DNA from: Candidatus Latescibacterota bacterium | Lineage (GTDB): Bacteria; Latescibacterota; UBA2968 | Direction of reading: 5' to 3' | NCBI GenBank assembly: GCA_965207885.1 | Contig: OZ242311.1 | Location: forward strand, 3,264,001-3,328,000 | DNA length: 64,000 nucleotides | Part shown: piece after piece, positions 9,399 to 18,949 of the stretch | How the letters are laid out: every line of letters begins with the position of its first letter | Numbering within the stretch: the stretch's first letter is position 1 | Program-made: the position numbers and the translations under genes | Notes under the pieces: generated by a model | The model's database searches: none | What the model saw: the letters and a program-made list of their open reading frames with translations, nothing else | What the model was told of the DNA's origin: nothing

Positions 9399-10205
9399 TT
9401 ATTTGTTGATCTGTGAACTGGTCTTCAGCACAAAGACTTCTTCCAAATTGTGGAAATTTACGCCCGGTGCCAGAATAACCTCTCTAAATAAACCCTGTAC
9501 TTCATCCCCTACTTTGACGACCTGCCCCACGTAAAGTCCTTTTGGAAAGAGTTCGCCCAAACCAGATGATACGATCAAATCTCCAACTTTTATATCCCCT
9601 CGAAGCGACACGTTTTTTAAATAGAATGTGCCATCTTCAAAAGACACAATGCCATTTACGCGGCTGTGTCGCTGCACCACAGCACTGACCCGGCAGTTGT
9701 GATCTATAAGCAATTGTACAATAGCAGTATAGCCGTGTACTTCCACGATACGCCCCACCAACCCATCCGCAGTCACAACAGGCATGCGGGCCTGTATGCC
9801 TTCATTTGTACCGGCATCGATCAATATCGTATTTGCAATTCGCGCGGGATTGCGTGCAATCACCCGTGCAGCGATATAAGATTTTTCAGCCGCCTGCTGC
9901 GACTTGAAATGCAATAAGGCATGGAGGCGTGCATTTTCAAGCTGGGCCTCTCTGAGTTTGAGCAATTCGAGAGAAAGACGCAAATTCTGATCGCGCAAAG
10001 CATCATTTTCGTGTCGCAGCGAAGAAACTCCCATTGGCCAGGCAAAGATACGGTGCCCAATAGATGTCAATCCAAAAACAATATTGTGTGCAAATCGCGC
10101 CTGTATTGAGGAATCGAACAATATCAATATCAGCGACGCCAAAATTGCAACACCCAGCACAACTCCCTTACGGTGAACACGCAAAAAAACATGAATTCGC
10201 TGCAT
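9399..10205 (-). CDS. mreC: Rod shape-determining protein MreC
   Basis: TM plus coiled coil; GLVGRI and SSGLGELFPKG motifs; follows mreB. Confidence 0.95.
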   Translation of the reverse strand: MQRIHVFLRVHRKGVVLGVAILASLILILFDSSIQARFAHNIVFGLTSIGHRIFAWPMGVSSLRHENDALRDQNLRLSLELLKLREAQLENARLHALLHFKSQQAAEKSYIAARVIARNPARIANTILIDAGTNEGIQARMPVVTADGLVGRIVEVHGYTAIVQLLIDHNCRVSAVVQRHSRVNGIVSFEDGTFYLKNVSLRGDIKVGDLIVSSGLGELFPKGLYVGQVVKVGDEVQGLFREVILAPGVNFHNLEEVFVLKTSSQINK

Positions 10206-10207
10206 CG

Positions 10208-11227
10208 CTATTCCAAAACATTCCTGTAGCCATGGATATCTGCAAGTACTTTCCCCGTACCTCGCACCACACAGGTCAATGGATCATCGGCTACCATAAC
10301 GGGTAAGCCGGTCTCATTGACCAATCGCCGGTCCAGCCCGCGCAATAGTGCCCCTCCTCCAGTCAAAATGATGCCATTGTCGAGAATATCGGCGGCCAAT
10401 TCGGGTGGTGTATGCTCGAGTGTTCGGCGCACAGCATTAATGATTGCATTTGTCGAACCGGCCATCGCCTCCCTGATTTCTTTCGAATGGACAGTAATAA
10501 CTCGGGGAATCGCCTGTACCATCTCCAGCCCGCGACACGTATGTTGCAGTTCTTCATCAAGCCCCACGGCAGTGCCAATAGCGCACTTGATTTGCTCTGC
10601 GCTGCGGCTTCCCACTAGCAGATTGTGTTTGCGCTTGAGAAATTGTACAATGACTTCTGTCAATTCATCGCCCGCTGTTTTAATTGATACGGACGTCACA
10701 ATACCAGATAGTGCAATCACAGCGATCTCAGTTGTTCCGCCGCCAATATCAACGACCATAGATCCTACCGCATCCTCTATGGGCAACCCAACGCCAATCG
10801 CAGCCGCCATGGGTTCTTTGATCAAATAAACTTCGCGGGCACCTGCGCGATCAGCAGCTTCTCTTACAGCGCGCATTTCAACAGGCGTAACACCAGAAGG
10901 CACACAAATTACAACGCGCGGCCTGACCAGCAGTTTGTTTTTTTGTACTTTGGAAATAAAAAAGCGCAGCATTTCCTCAGTCACATCAAAATCGGCGATA
11001 ACGCCATCGCGGAGCGGGCGCACTACCTCTATATCCGGTTTTTCGCGCCCAAGCATTTCTTTCGCCTGAGCACCAATGGCCAGGGGTTTGCGCGTATGAC
11101 GCTCAAGGGCAACAATTGAAGGTTCATTGATCACAATGCCCTGCCCTTTGACATAAACCAGTGTATTGGCAGTTCCCAGATCAATACCAATATCATTAGA
11201 AAACAAGTTCGAAAACCAAAAAGCCAT
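10208..11227 (-). CDS. mreB: Rod shape-determining protein MreB
   Basis: GIDLGTANT, EPMAAAIG, DIGGGTTE, TGGGALL; start at ATG 11227. Confidence 0.98.
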   Translation of the reverse strand: MAFWFSNLFSNDIGIDLGTANTLVYVKGQGIVINEPSIVALERHTRKPLAIGAQAKEMLGREKPDIEVVRPLRDGVIADFDVTEEMLRFFISKVQKNKLLVRPRVVICVPSGVTPVEMRAVREAADRAGAREVYLIKEPMAAAIGVGLPIEDAVGSMVVDIGGGTTEIAVIALSGIVTSVSIKTAGDELTEVIVQFLKRKHNLLVGSRSAEQIKCAIGTAVGLDEELQHTCRGLEMVQAIPRVITVHSKEIREAMAGSTNAIINAVRRTLEHTPPELAADILDNGIILTGGGALLRGLDRRLVNETGLPVMVADDPLTCVVRGTGKVLADIHGYRNVLE

Positions 11228-11548
11228 AGCTGAAGTATCTCCCACCGGAATTGATAAAGCGAACAATAATCCGGCAAAATTAGTTGAAAAAATTGGTCTG
11301 TATTTCTCGGTATTCACAACTGCCTATCGGAAAACGTTGAATGGCAGCGAGAAGACGACTTCTGAATAGGGGGAAAATTAACAGAAGTGGAAAAAGGGGA
11401 GAAAAGATGCAGAATAATAACTCTTTAAAAAAATAAAGTCAAGTAACGAGAGACAATATGTTGTGGGAAAATATCCTTGACATTTCTTTCTGGCAATCTG
11501 AAATTTGTCATCTAGATCATTTGACAAATTTCGGTATTGGAGGTCCTG

Positions 11549-12436
11549 TTGAAAATTCGGAAAGCAGTAATCCCCGCAGCGGGGCATGGCAGTCGCATGC
11601 TGCCCGCCACCAAAGCCCTGCCCAAAGAGATGATGCCCATTGTTGACAAGCCGGCGATTCAATACATCATAGAGGAACTCGTCAACTCGGGTATTGAAGA
11701 CATCCTGATCATCACGGGCCGGGGAAAGCGTGCAATTGAAGATCACTTTGATCGCAATGTCGAAATCGCCCATGCATTGCATGAACGCGCAGATCTAAAA
11801 ATGCTCGAAACGCTGGACCGGATCGAACAACTAGCCGACATCCATTACGTGCGACAAAAAGACCAGTTAGGTACAGGACACGCCGTTCTCAAAGCCCGCA
11901 AACATATTGGCGACGAACCCTTTGCCGTTCTTTACGGCGACGACCTCGTTGTTTCGGAGCGCCCTTGCATTGGGCAAATGATAGAGCACTATAACAGGTA
12001 CAGCAGCTCAATCCTCGCAGTCAAAGAAGTACCGCAAGAACACATCAGTAGTTATGGCGTTATTAAAGGCAAACGCATAAACGATGTCTATCTCGTTGAG
12101 GGACTCATTGAAAAACCCGATCCGACAAGAGCGCCATCAAATCTCGCAACCCTTGGGCGCTATATCTTTGGGCCCGAAATTTTTGACTTCCTCGAACAGA
12201 TCGAACCCGCCGAAAATGGAGAATATCAACTCACCGACGCCATTGAATTGATGAGCCAATCCCGAGCGGTTTACGCCTGCGCCATCGAAGGGGAGTGGCA
12301 TACAGTGGGCGATCTTCTTTCATATCTCAAAACCTCCGTGGCCTTTTCCCTCACCCATCCGGCCATTGCCAAAGATTTTCGCAAATACCTCAGAGAACTC
12401 ATCCCGTTGCTCGAAGAAAAAAAGAAATCATTATAG
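11549..12436 (+). CDS. galU: UTP--glucose-1-phosphate uridylyltransferase
   Basis: KAVIPAAGHGSRMLPATKALPKEMMP, GEYQLTDAI; TTG start after GGAGG. Confidence 0.95.
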   Translation: MKIRKAVIPAAGHGSRMLPATKALPKEMMPIVDKPAIQYIIEELVNSGIEDILIITGRGKRAIEDHFDRNVEIAHALHERADLKMLETLDRIEQLADIHYVRQKDQLGTGHAVLKARKHIGDEPFAVLYGDDLVVSERPCIGQMIEHYNRYSSSILAVKEVPQEHISSYGVIKGKRINDVYLVEGLIEKPDPTRAPSNLATLGRYIFGPEIFDFLEQIEPAENGEYQLTDAIELMSQSRAVYACAIEGEWHTVGDLLSYLKTSVAFSLTHPAIAKDFRKYLRELIPLLEEKKKSL

Positions 12437-12910
12437 GTCGCTCAAAAGCGCGTCCATCTCGCGCACCAGCACGGGCCAGTGTGTCACAATCCGTTTCTCT
12501 TCTGCCGCTATGGCTTTCAAGTCGGCTTCACACAGTTTGCCTTCCCTGTAACACACATCTACATCCTCTCGGTCTAAAACCTCGACAACACCATCTGAAC
12601 TTATCCATATATCCAAAAGCAGATCCAGATAGCTGACCTTGTGTTCTTCCACCTGCACATCTCGACAAATATGAAATAAATGCCCCTTCAGGTTACCTGA
12701 AGGGGCACACATTCGCCACAGAACATGAGCGACGTCCGTTTGGTAAAAAGCCAGCGTTTGAGAACCAGCAGGCAAGAGGGCACCGGCGACTTCCCAAGCG
12801 CGGTTTGACACATAAGACAAGACAACCCAATCTGTGCCACGGGCGACCAAATCGCACATATACGTTTCATCGGGTTTATCGAAATGGCGTTTAAATTCGC
12901 AAAACAACAC
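12431..12910 (-). CDS. DUF402-domain protein
   Basis: YLDLLLDIWI...VLDREDV motif; probable GTG start at 12910. Confidence 0.7.
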   Translation of the reverse strand: MLFCEFKRHFDKPDETYMCDLVARGTDWVVLSYVSNRAWEVAGALLPAGSQTLAFYQTDVAHVLWRMCAPSGNLKGHLFHICRDVQVEEHKVSYLDLLLDIWISSDGVVEVLDREDVDVCYREGKLCEADLKAIAAEEKRIVTHWPVLVREMDALLSDL

Positions 12911-12920
12911 GATAGAGGTC

Positions 12921-13076
12921 CTAAACAATGAAATAGCAAATCAGGATCGTCAAACTCGTGATCAGCCAACAGATCCACTGCAATGACCAACCGCGCTTTT
13001 CACCCAGGCCAGAAGAAACACATTGCCCGAGATAACAACCCGTAAAAATGACAAATAATACAATGCCCCACACCAT
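12921..13076 (-). CDS. Small two-TM hypothetical protein (51 aa)
   Basis: MVWGIVLFVIFTGCYLGQ...WLITSLTILICYFIV; fits between the original oxidoreductase stop and the DUF402 gene. Confidence 0.5.
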   Translation of the reverse strand: MVWGIVLFVIFTGCYLGQCVSSGLGEKRGWSLQWICWLITSLTILICYFIV

Positions 13077-13103
13077 AAAAATACCCTTTTTTATATCAGC
13101 TTG

Positions 13104-14301
13104 CATAGTACACGACAAAAAATAAAAGACCTGTGAAAAAAGCTAAAAAGAGTTAGGTTTGAATGTCCCAAGACAAACCTTTCTCATCTTAACAAGGCAC
13201 AGGTCTATGTCTCCTGAAACTATTGAACTTCAAACGATTATGCAAGGATATTTTCACTGGCATAAAGCCCGAATAACGTTTACCGCTGCGTTCATATTGT
13301 CGCTGATAAAATTGCGTAGCGTCAATTTTATGAAACTGGCAAACGCACTCAATGGAACCGTCAAGCAGAAATCTAATTATCGTCGTATCCAACGCTTCTT
13401 TGCCCACTTTGCCTTACCCTATGCGTGTGTGAGACAATTGATCTTGCACTTATTACCTATAAAGTCGGATTTTATAGTCTCAATAGATCGCACCAATTGG
13501 AAGTTGGGAAAATTCAATATCAACATCCTAACCGCAGGCATTATCTATGAAGGGGTCGCCTTTCCTATCTGTTGGCACTTGTTAAAAAAACGGGGCAATT
13601 CCAATAGTGATGAGCGTATCCATTTGATGCAAGAAATGCTCAACTGCATCTGCAAATCGCATATCCGCGTTGTCGTCGCAGACAGAGAATTTATTGGAAG
13701 AGAATGGTTTAGGTGGTTAGACACACAAAATATACCCTTTGTTATTCGCATCAAGGAAAACGCTCTTGTCTCATCAGGCGGTAGAGAGATCCCCATAAGA
13801 AAACGGTTTGAAAATCTTAATATCCATCAGCAGGTCAACTTGTGCAAACGCCACCGCGTTTATGACCTGCCTGTATATCTGTCTGCACTAAGATTGAAGG
13901 ACCAATACCTCATTCTTGCCAGCAACCAAAAAGGTCAAGCCGCATTGGATACCTATAAAAAACGATGGGGCATTGAAGTCCTTTTTGCCAATCTTAAAAG
14001 TCGAGGATTTAATCTGGAAGAGACCCATCTTATACATCAAGACCGCATTGAGAAACTCATCGCGCTTTTGGCCATTGCCTGCATCTGGGCGCATATCATC
14101 GGCGAATGGATAGCAAAAACAAATCCTTTGACGATCAAAAATCACGGGCGGATGGAGAAAAGTCTCTTCCGATATGGGTTGGACTATTTGCAGTATGTCC
14201 TGCTCAATATAAACCAACAAACCCAACAGTTCCTCATATGCATTCGTTTACTGAGTAATCCGCCACTGTTTAAAACAATTTAAGTTTTGTCGTGTACCAT
14301 G
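13104..14301 (+). mobile_element. IS4-family insertion sequence (ISAba1/IS10-like), 1198 bp
   Basis: IRL CATAGTACACGACAAAA (13104-13120) and IRR TTTTGTCGTGTACCATG (14285-14301), 16/17 match; target duplication ATCAGCTTG at 13095-13103 and 14302-14310. Confidence 0.95.
13207..14283 (+). CDS. IS4-family DDE transposase
   Basis: SIDRTNWK, ADREFIG and YREK signature YKKRWGIEVLFANLK. Confidence 0.95.
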   Translation: MSPETIELQTIMQGYFHWHKARITFTAAFILSLIKLRSVNFMKLANALNGTVKQKSNYRRIQRFFAHFALPYACVRQLILHLLPIKSDFIVSIDRTNWKLGKFNINILTAGIIYEGVAFPICWHLLKKRGNSNSDERIHLMQEMLNCICKSHIRVVVADREFIGREWFRWLDTQNIPFVIRIKENALVSSGGREIPIRKRFENLNIHQQVNLCKRHRVYDLPVYLSALRLKDQYLILASNQKGQAALDTYKKRWGIEVLFANLKSRGFNLEETHLIHQDRIEKLIALLAIACIWAHIIGEWIAKTNPLTIKNHGRMEKSLFRYGLDYLQYVLLNINQQTQQFLICIRLLSNPPLFKTI

Positions 14302-15344
14302 ATCAGCTTGACAACTTCTTCTCGTTCTGCCGAGAGCCTGATTGCATCAATCACGCGAATGGCCTCCAGACACTCCTCCGGTTTGACCAGCAATTCTTCT
14401 CCATGTACAAGTGCTGCGCCCACATTGTCGTAATACGTGCGATAGCTGCCGAACAGAGGCGACACGGGGTGCTCTACAGTTTGTCCGCGATCATTGGCCA
14501 CGCGCAACTGATAACGCGCAGGGTCTTCCGGAACGAGCACGCCAAAAACACCCGACTTCATCGACGCTTCTTGAGGGTCTATGCCATATTTTCTAAAACT
14601 TCCAAGCGCGCCGCGCACATGATAGCGCGGCTTGGCATACATCCACGCGGAGCCCAATTCAATAAAATAGCGCACCCCATTTGCAAATCGCAGATGAATC
14701 AAAGCCAGCGCTTCAACATCGGCCTTGTCCTTGGGATAGCGATATTGCAAATCGGCAAAAACGGTTTCAACAGTTGGGCCGTAAAGTCTGAGAGCCTGAT
14801 CTACCAGATGCGCTCCCCAATCGAGAACGCGTCCTCCGCCGTATTTTTTCCACGCACGCCACCCAACATGCGGACCACCATAAGTTGTAATATTGGACTC
14901 AATAGTATAAATATCGCCCAATATCCCTTCTGCGAGTATGTGTTGCAACGTCAAAAAATCGCCATCCCATCGCCGATTCTGATACACACTTAAAAGCACC
15001 TGATTGCGCTCAGACGCTTCAATCATAGCCAGTGCTTCAGACTCATTCAAACACATAATTTTATCTGTTACGAGATGTTTGCCCGCGTCCATTGCCCGAA
15101 TAGCCATCGGCGCGTGTGTATCGTGTGGTGTCGCCAGCACAACGAGATCGATATTATCATCGTCCAATAGCGCGTCAAAAGAGTCATACGTCGCGATCTG
15201 TGGGAAATCGGCCTCTGCGTCCTGGCGTTTCTCTAATGAACGCGAACAAACCGCATAGAGTTCGAGATCTGGCGCCATCTGAATCAATTGTGCGTGAAAG
15301 ACTTTTCCACCCAAACCATAGCCCACCAGTCCAACGCGAATCAT
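14280..15344 (-). CDS. Gfo/Idh/MocA oxidoreductase (IolW/YdgJ-like)
   Basis: VGLVGYGLGGKVFHA, YQNRRWDGDF, DWGAHLVDQ; last 6 aa come from the IS. Confidence 0.9.
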   Translation of the reverse strand: MIRVGLVGYGLGGKVFHAQLIQMAPDLELYAVCSRSLEKRQDAEADFPQIATYDSFDALLDDDNIDLVVLATPHDTHAPMAIRAMDAGKHLVTDKIMCLNESEALAMIEASERNQVLLSVYQNRRWDGDFLTLQHILAEGILGDIYTIESNITTYGGPHVGWRAWKKYGGGRVLDWGAHLVDQALRLYGPTVETVFADLQYRYPKDKADVEALALIHLRFANGVRYFIELGSAWMYAKPRYHVRGALGSFRKYGIDPQEASMKSGVFGVLVPEDPARYQLRVANDRGQTVEHPVSPLFGSYRTYYDNVGAALVHGEELLVKPEECLEAIRVIDAIRLSAEREEVVKLIMVHDKT

Positions 15345-15355
15345 GAACTCCCTCC

Positions 15356-15390
15356 AAAAAAAGAAAGGCCGCCTCAAAAGAAGCGGCCTC
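15356..15390 (-). terminator. Intrinsic terminator
   Basis: AGGCCGC...GCGGCCT stem followed by U-rich tail downstream of the cohesin-like gene. Confidence 0.65.
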
Positions 15391-15443
15391 AAAAAGAACT
15401 GGCGTGAGAGTTTACAGCCAGTTTACCCTTTTTGAATGCACCA

Positions 15444-16250
15444 TTATTTCAGCAACATCATGCGCTGAACCTTGGTAAAATCGGCCACTGACATGCGATA
15501 AATATAAATACCACTGGCTACCTGCTTGCCAAATTCATCTGTGCCATCCCAAACGACCGAATGAAAACCCGCATCCATTGTCTCTTGAATCAGGGTGCGA
15601 ACTTCCTGACCGAGCAGATTGTAGATCACCAGTTGGACATCACCCGCTTCCGGCAACCGATATTCAATAGTCGTGGAGGGGTTAAAGGGATTTGGTACAT
15701 TTTGTTCGAGGGCATAATCTTGGGGCATGGGCTTGAGAGCACCAATTTCAATATTGGTAATAGCATCAATACCGCCAGCCAAATCAACCATCACCCCATC
15801 GAGAATCTGAAAATCAGAGGCAAGAGGTGTCTGTGTGGTATTAAACGTAAACTCGACCAGAGCGCCATCGCCACTGACAGCTTGACCATCGACCTTCATC
15901 GCGCCAACAGCCACTTGCCCTGGCGTCTTGTTAGACGCGAGAAACAGCGCGGGTTGCCCGCTGTTCGCATCGAGCAGATTTTGATCGACCTGGCGTGCTT
16001 CGACAAATTCATACTTGGATTGATCGTACTGCAGCACAAAACCATAACCCTTCAATTTCTGCGCGTAATTGATAGAGATTTGCAGTTTCAAAACGCCATC
16101 TTCAGCAACAATATTTTGCGTGCGTTGCAGCACCAGACCTGCCAGACTATTCTCGCCGCCCGTAAATTCTATACCCTGTGTCAGGGGTCCAGCAATGGCA
16201 GAGCCGACCAGTCCTAGCCCTAAACATGTCGCAATAATCAAACGTTTCAT
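15444..16250 (-). CDS. Secreted cohesin-like protein with C-terminal FlgD-Ig/T9SS-A-like sorting domain
   Basis: Signal peptide; LKGYGFVLQYD...GDGALVEFTF; LEQNVPNPFNPSTTI...WDGTDEFG..VASGIYIY...MMLLK. Confidence 0.8.
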   Translation of the reverse strand: MKRLIIATCLGLGLVGSAIAGPLTQGIEFTGGENSLAGLVLQRTQNIVAEDGVLKLQISINYAQKLKGYGFVLQYDQSKYEFVEARQVDQNLLDANSGQPALFLASNKTPGQVAVGAMKVDGQAVSGDGALVEFTFNTTQTPLASDFQILDGVMVDLAGGIDAITNIEIGALKPMPQDYALEQNVPNPFNPSTTIEYRLPEAGDVQLVIYNLLGQEVRTLIQETMDAGFHSVVWDGTDEFGKQVASGIYIYRMSVADFTKVQRMMLLK

Positions 16251-16296
16251 GACGCTTCCTCCTGTTGTATGAAAGTGTTTGCACTTCATCTATATA

Positions 16297-16325
16297 AATT
16301 TACTACTTACCAGCATGTATGTCAA
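16297..16325 (-). promoter_or_regulatory. sigma70-type promoter
   Basis: TTGACA-17 nt-TAAATT. Confidence 0.6.
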
Positions 16326-16334
16326 CCGCATTTT

Positions 16335-17831
16335 TTATCTAAAATATGTTACAATTGCTTTTACAAGCCCAGAAATAGCTACCGATGTCTCGTCAAGTTC
16401 GACAACCACATCAAATCCCTGTGAAATTGCTGTTTGGGCTGTGATAGGACCGATACACGCCGCTGGCAAGTATTGCCAATTTTGTCGCGCCTTTTTTAAC
16501 AAACTCGCCAGATTTACAACCGTAGAAGAACTTGTAAAAGCGATCAGATCAATAGCCTCTTTTTCTACCAATTGCAAAAATTCTTCGGGCAAGCATTTGG
16601 GCATAACCGTTTTGTAAACAACAAGTTCACGAACTTCAGCACCGCGTTCTCGAAGCTTATTAGCGAGAACATCCCGAGATTCTTCAGGACGAGGCAGCAA
16701 AAAAGCCTGTCCCGAAAGATCCGCGCCAAAAGCCGCGAGCAAGCCTTCTGACGTGCGATTCGCCGCTTCGAGATCTACATTGAGACGCCACTCGCGCACC
16801 CGTGCCGATGTCGCCGCGCCAATAGTCGCAATTTTTATTTCACCCAATGCGCGTACATCTCGGCCTTGTTTAAACAGACGCCCAAAAAAGCGATCGGTTC
16901 CGTTTGTACTCGTCAAAACAAGCCAATCAAATGCATGAATATCTGCAATAGCACAATCCACATCGCACCAATTTCCGGGTTCGGAAAATGCAATCGTCGG
17001 CACCTCCAGCACTTGCGCCCCCAACGTCCGCAGCATGTTTACCAATTCGCTTGCCTGTGTGCGCGCCCGCGTCACGGCAATCGTTTTGCCGAACAAGGGC
17101 TTAGACGCAAACCAATCCAGATCCATCCCCGCGACCTTCCCAACGACAATGACTGCGGGATTGGTCATCTCGACCGCGCCCATCTCTCCCAATGTCGTTC
17201 TCACAGTCCGCTGCAATGGCAAAGATCCCCACTGTATGGCTGCAACAGGCGTTTCAGGCGGCCGCCCTCCCGCGATGAGACGTCGGGCAATTTCACTGCG
17301 TTTTTGCGTGCCCATCAAAATCAGGAGCGTGCCGCCCACTTTTGCTAACCCCTCCCAATCGACTTTCCCATCGCCTTCAAGCGAAGCCGTTGTTCCCGTT
17401 ACAATCGTCACGTGTGGGGATATACCGCGATGCGTCACGGGAATACCCGCATAAGCGGGTGCTGCTATTGCACTGGTAATACCCGGTACAATCTCAAACG
17501 AAATCTCGTGGTCTCTCAGAACTTCAGCCTCTTCTCCACCGCGCCCAAAAACAATGGGATCGCCCCCCTTTAATCGCACTACCATCAACCCTTTTTGGGC
17601 GAAATCGACCATTATCTGATTGATCTCATCTTGCTGCACGCGCTGAAAACCCGGGCGCTTTTCCACATTGATACACTCGCATTCCCGCCGCGCTTCCTTC
17701 AAAAACTCGGGATTCGCCAACCCGTCATACAAGATCACATCGGCTTCCCGAATCAGGCGTAACCCCTTCACAGTTATCAATTCCGGATCGCCCGGCCCGG
17801 CACCTATGAGATATACACATCCAGTTTTCAT
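16335..17831 (-). CDS. cobA: Fused uroporphyrinogen-III C-methyltransferase / uroporphyrinogen-III synthase (CobA-HemD)
   Basis: GAGPGDPELIT and RLKGGDP; C-terminal VTRA, FTSSSTV, CIGPITA. Confidence 0.95.
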   Translation of the reverse strand: MKTGCVYLIGAGPGDPELITVKGLRLIREADVILYDGLANPEFLKEARRECECINVEKRPGFQRVQQDEINQIMVDFAQKGLMVVRLKGGDPIVFGRGGEEAEVLRDHEISFEIVPGITSAIAAPAYAGIPVTHRGISPHVTIVTGTTASLEGDGKVDWEGLAKVGGTLLILMGTQKRSEIARRLIAGGRPPETPVAAIQWGSLPLQRTVRTTLGEMGAVEMTNPAVIVVGKVAGMDLDWFASKPLFGKTIAVTRARTQASELVNMLRTLGAQVLEVPTIAFSEPGNWCDVDCAIADIHAFDWLVLTSTNGTDRFFGRLFKQGRDVRALGEIKIATIGAATSARVREWRLNVDLEAANRTSEGLLAAFGADLSGQAFLLPRPEESRDVLANKLRERGAEVRELVVYKTVMPKCLPEEFLQLVEKEAIDLIAFTSSSTVVNLASLLKKARQNWQYLPAACIGPITAQTAISQGFDVVVELDETSVAISGLVKAIVTYFR

Positions 17832-17840
17832 GAATAGCTC

Positions 17841-18020
17841 TCAACTCAGAACAATGCGCTCTGTTTCTCCCCACGCCGTAACGGTGACCTCAATTCTACC
17901 GTCAGCCACCTCGCTCTTTGGATCCGACACATCATCTGGTAGCGCCAGCCGCGAAACGCCGCGTTTCACCTGTCTCCAAAATGTCCTGGCATCGTAGGCA
18001 GGCGGTTCAAATTCGCTCAC
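17841..18020 (-). CDS. Small hypothetical protein (59 aa) within hem operon
   Basis: GTG start overlaps hemC stop (GTGA); AGGAGGG RBS; stop 9 nt before cobA. Confidence 0.65.
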   Translation of the reverse strand: MSEFEPPAYDARTFWRQVKRGVSRLALPDDVSDPKSEVADGRIEVTVTAWGETERIVLS

Positions 18021-18949
18021 CGCGCCCTCCTGTTCCGGTCCAAAATCACTCCTGCACCCTGCTTGAGCAATCTCTTTGCAACGCGCACGCCCAACTGCTC
18101 GGCAGATGATGCCTGTCCTTCTGCCCTCTCCGATATTACCTGACGTCCATCGGGGGTGGCAACAACGCCCGACAGCGACAGAACATCAATAGAAGCCGCG
18201 TCAAAGGCCGCATATCCCCCAATTGGAACGCCACAGTCTCCCCCCAATGTTGCCAGCATCGCGCGCTCTGCCGTAACGGCTTGTTGCGTTTCTGCGCAAT
18301 TCAAAACACCGACGAGTTCTGTAATCCGCTCATCCCCTTCTCGTATTTCTATCCCCAGCGCGGCCTGCCCGGGCGCGGGCAAACAGATATCCGGATCGAT
18401 AAAATCCGCAATGCGATCTCCCAATCCCAACCGCTTCAAACCCGCTGCTGCCAGAATAATACCATCCAAATTTTCCGTTTCGAGCTTTTTGACGCGCGTA
18501 TCCACGTTTCCCCGAATCGCCACAAAATTCAAATCCGGTCGCGCGTGTTTCAACTGTGCTTGTCGCCGCAAACTGCCCGTTGCAACCGTCGCGCCTCCTG
18601 GCAAATCTCGAAACACCCGATCATTTTTGCTGACCAGCACATCGCGCACATCTTCGCGCGCACTCACCGCGCCCAAAACCAATCCCTCTGGCAACCTGGT
18701 CGGCAAATCTTTCAAACTGTGAACCGCCAGATCAATACTGCCCGACAGCAGCGCGTGCTCGATCTCCTTTGTCCACACCTCTTTGCCACCAATTTGGGAC
18801 ACAGGCGTTTCCGAGAGTCGGTCTCCCTCTGTTTTAATCACCTCAATCTCAATACTGAGATCGGGATATGCGCTCGCCAGTTTTCTCCTTGCCCAATTGG
18901 CCTGCCACAAAGCCAGCGCACTACCCCGACTGCCAATAACCAACTTCAT
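18017..18949 (-). CDS. hemC: Porphobilinogen deaminase
   Basis: GSRGSALALWQA, AVHSLKDLP, IRGNVDTR, GGDCGVPIG. Confidence 0.97.
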   Translation of the reverse strand: MKLVIGSRGSALALWQANWARRKLASAYPDLSIEIEVIKTEGDRLSETPVSQIGGKEVWTKEIEHALLSGSIDLAVHSLKDLPTRLPEGLVLGAVSAREDVRDVLVSKNDRVFRDLPGGATVATGSLRRQAQLKHARPDLNFVAIRGNVDTRVKKLETENLDGIILAAAGLKRLGLGDRIADFIDPDICLPAPGQAALGIEIREGDERITELVGVLNCAETQQAVTAERAMLATLGGDCGVPIGGYAAFDAASIDVLSLSGVVATPDGRQVISERAEGQASSAEQLGVRVAKRLLKQGAGVILDRNRRAR

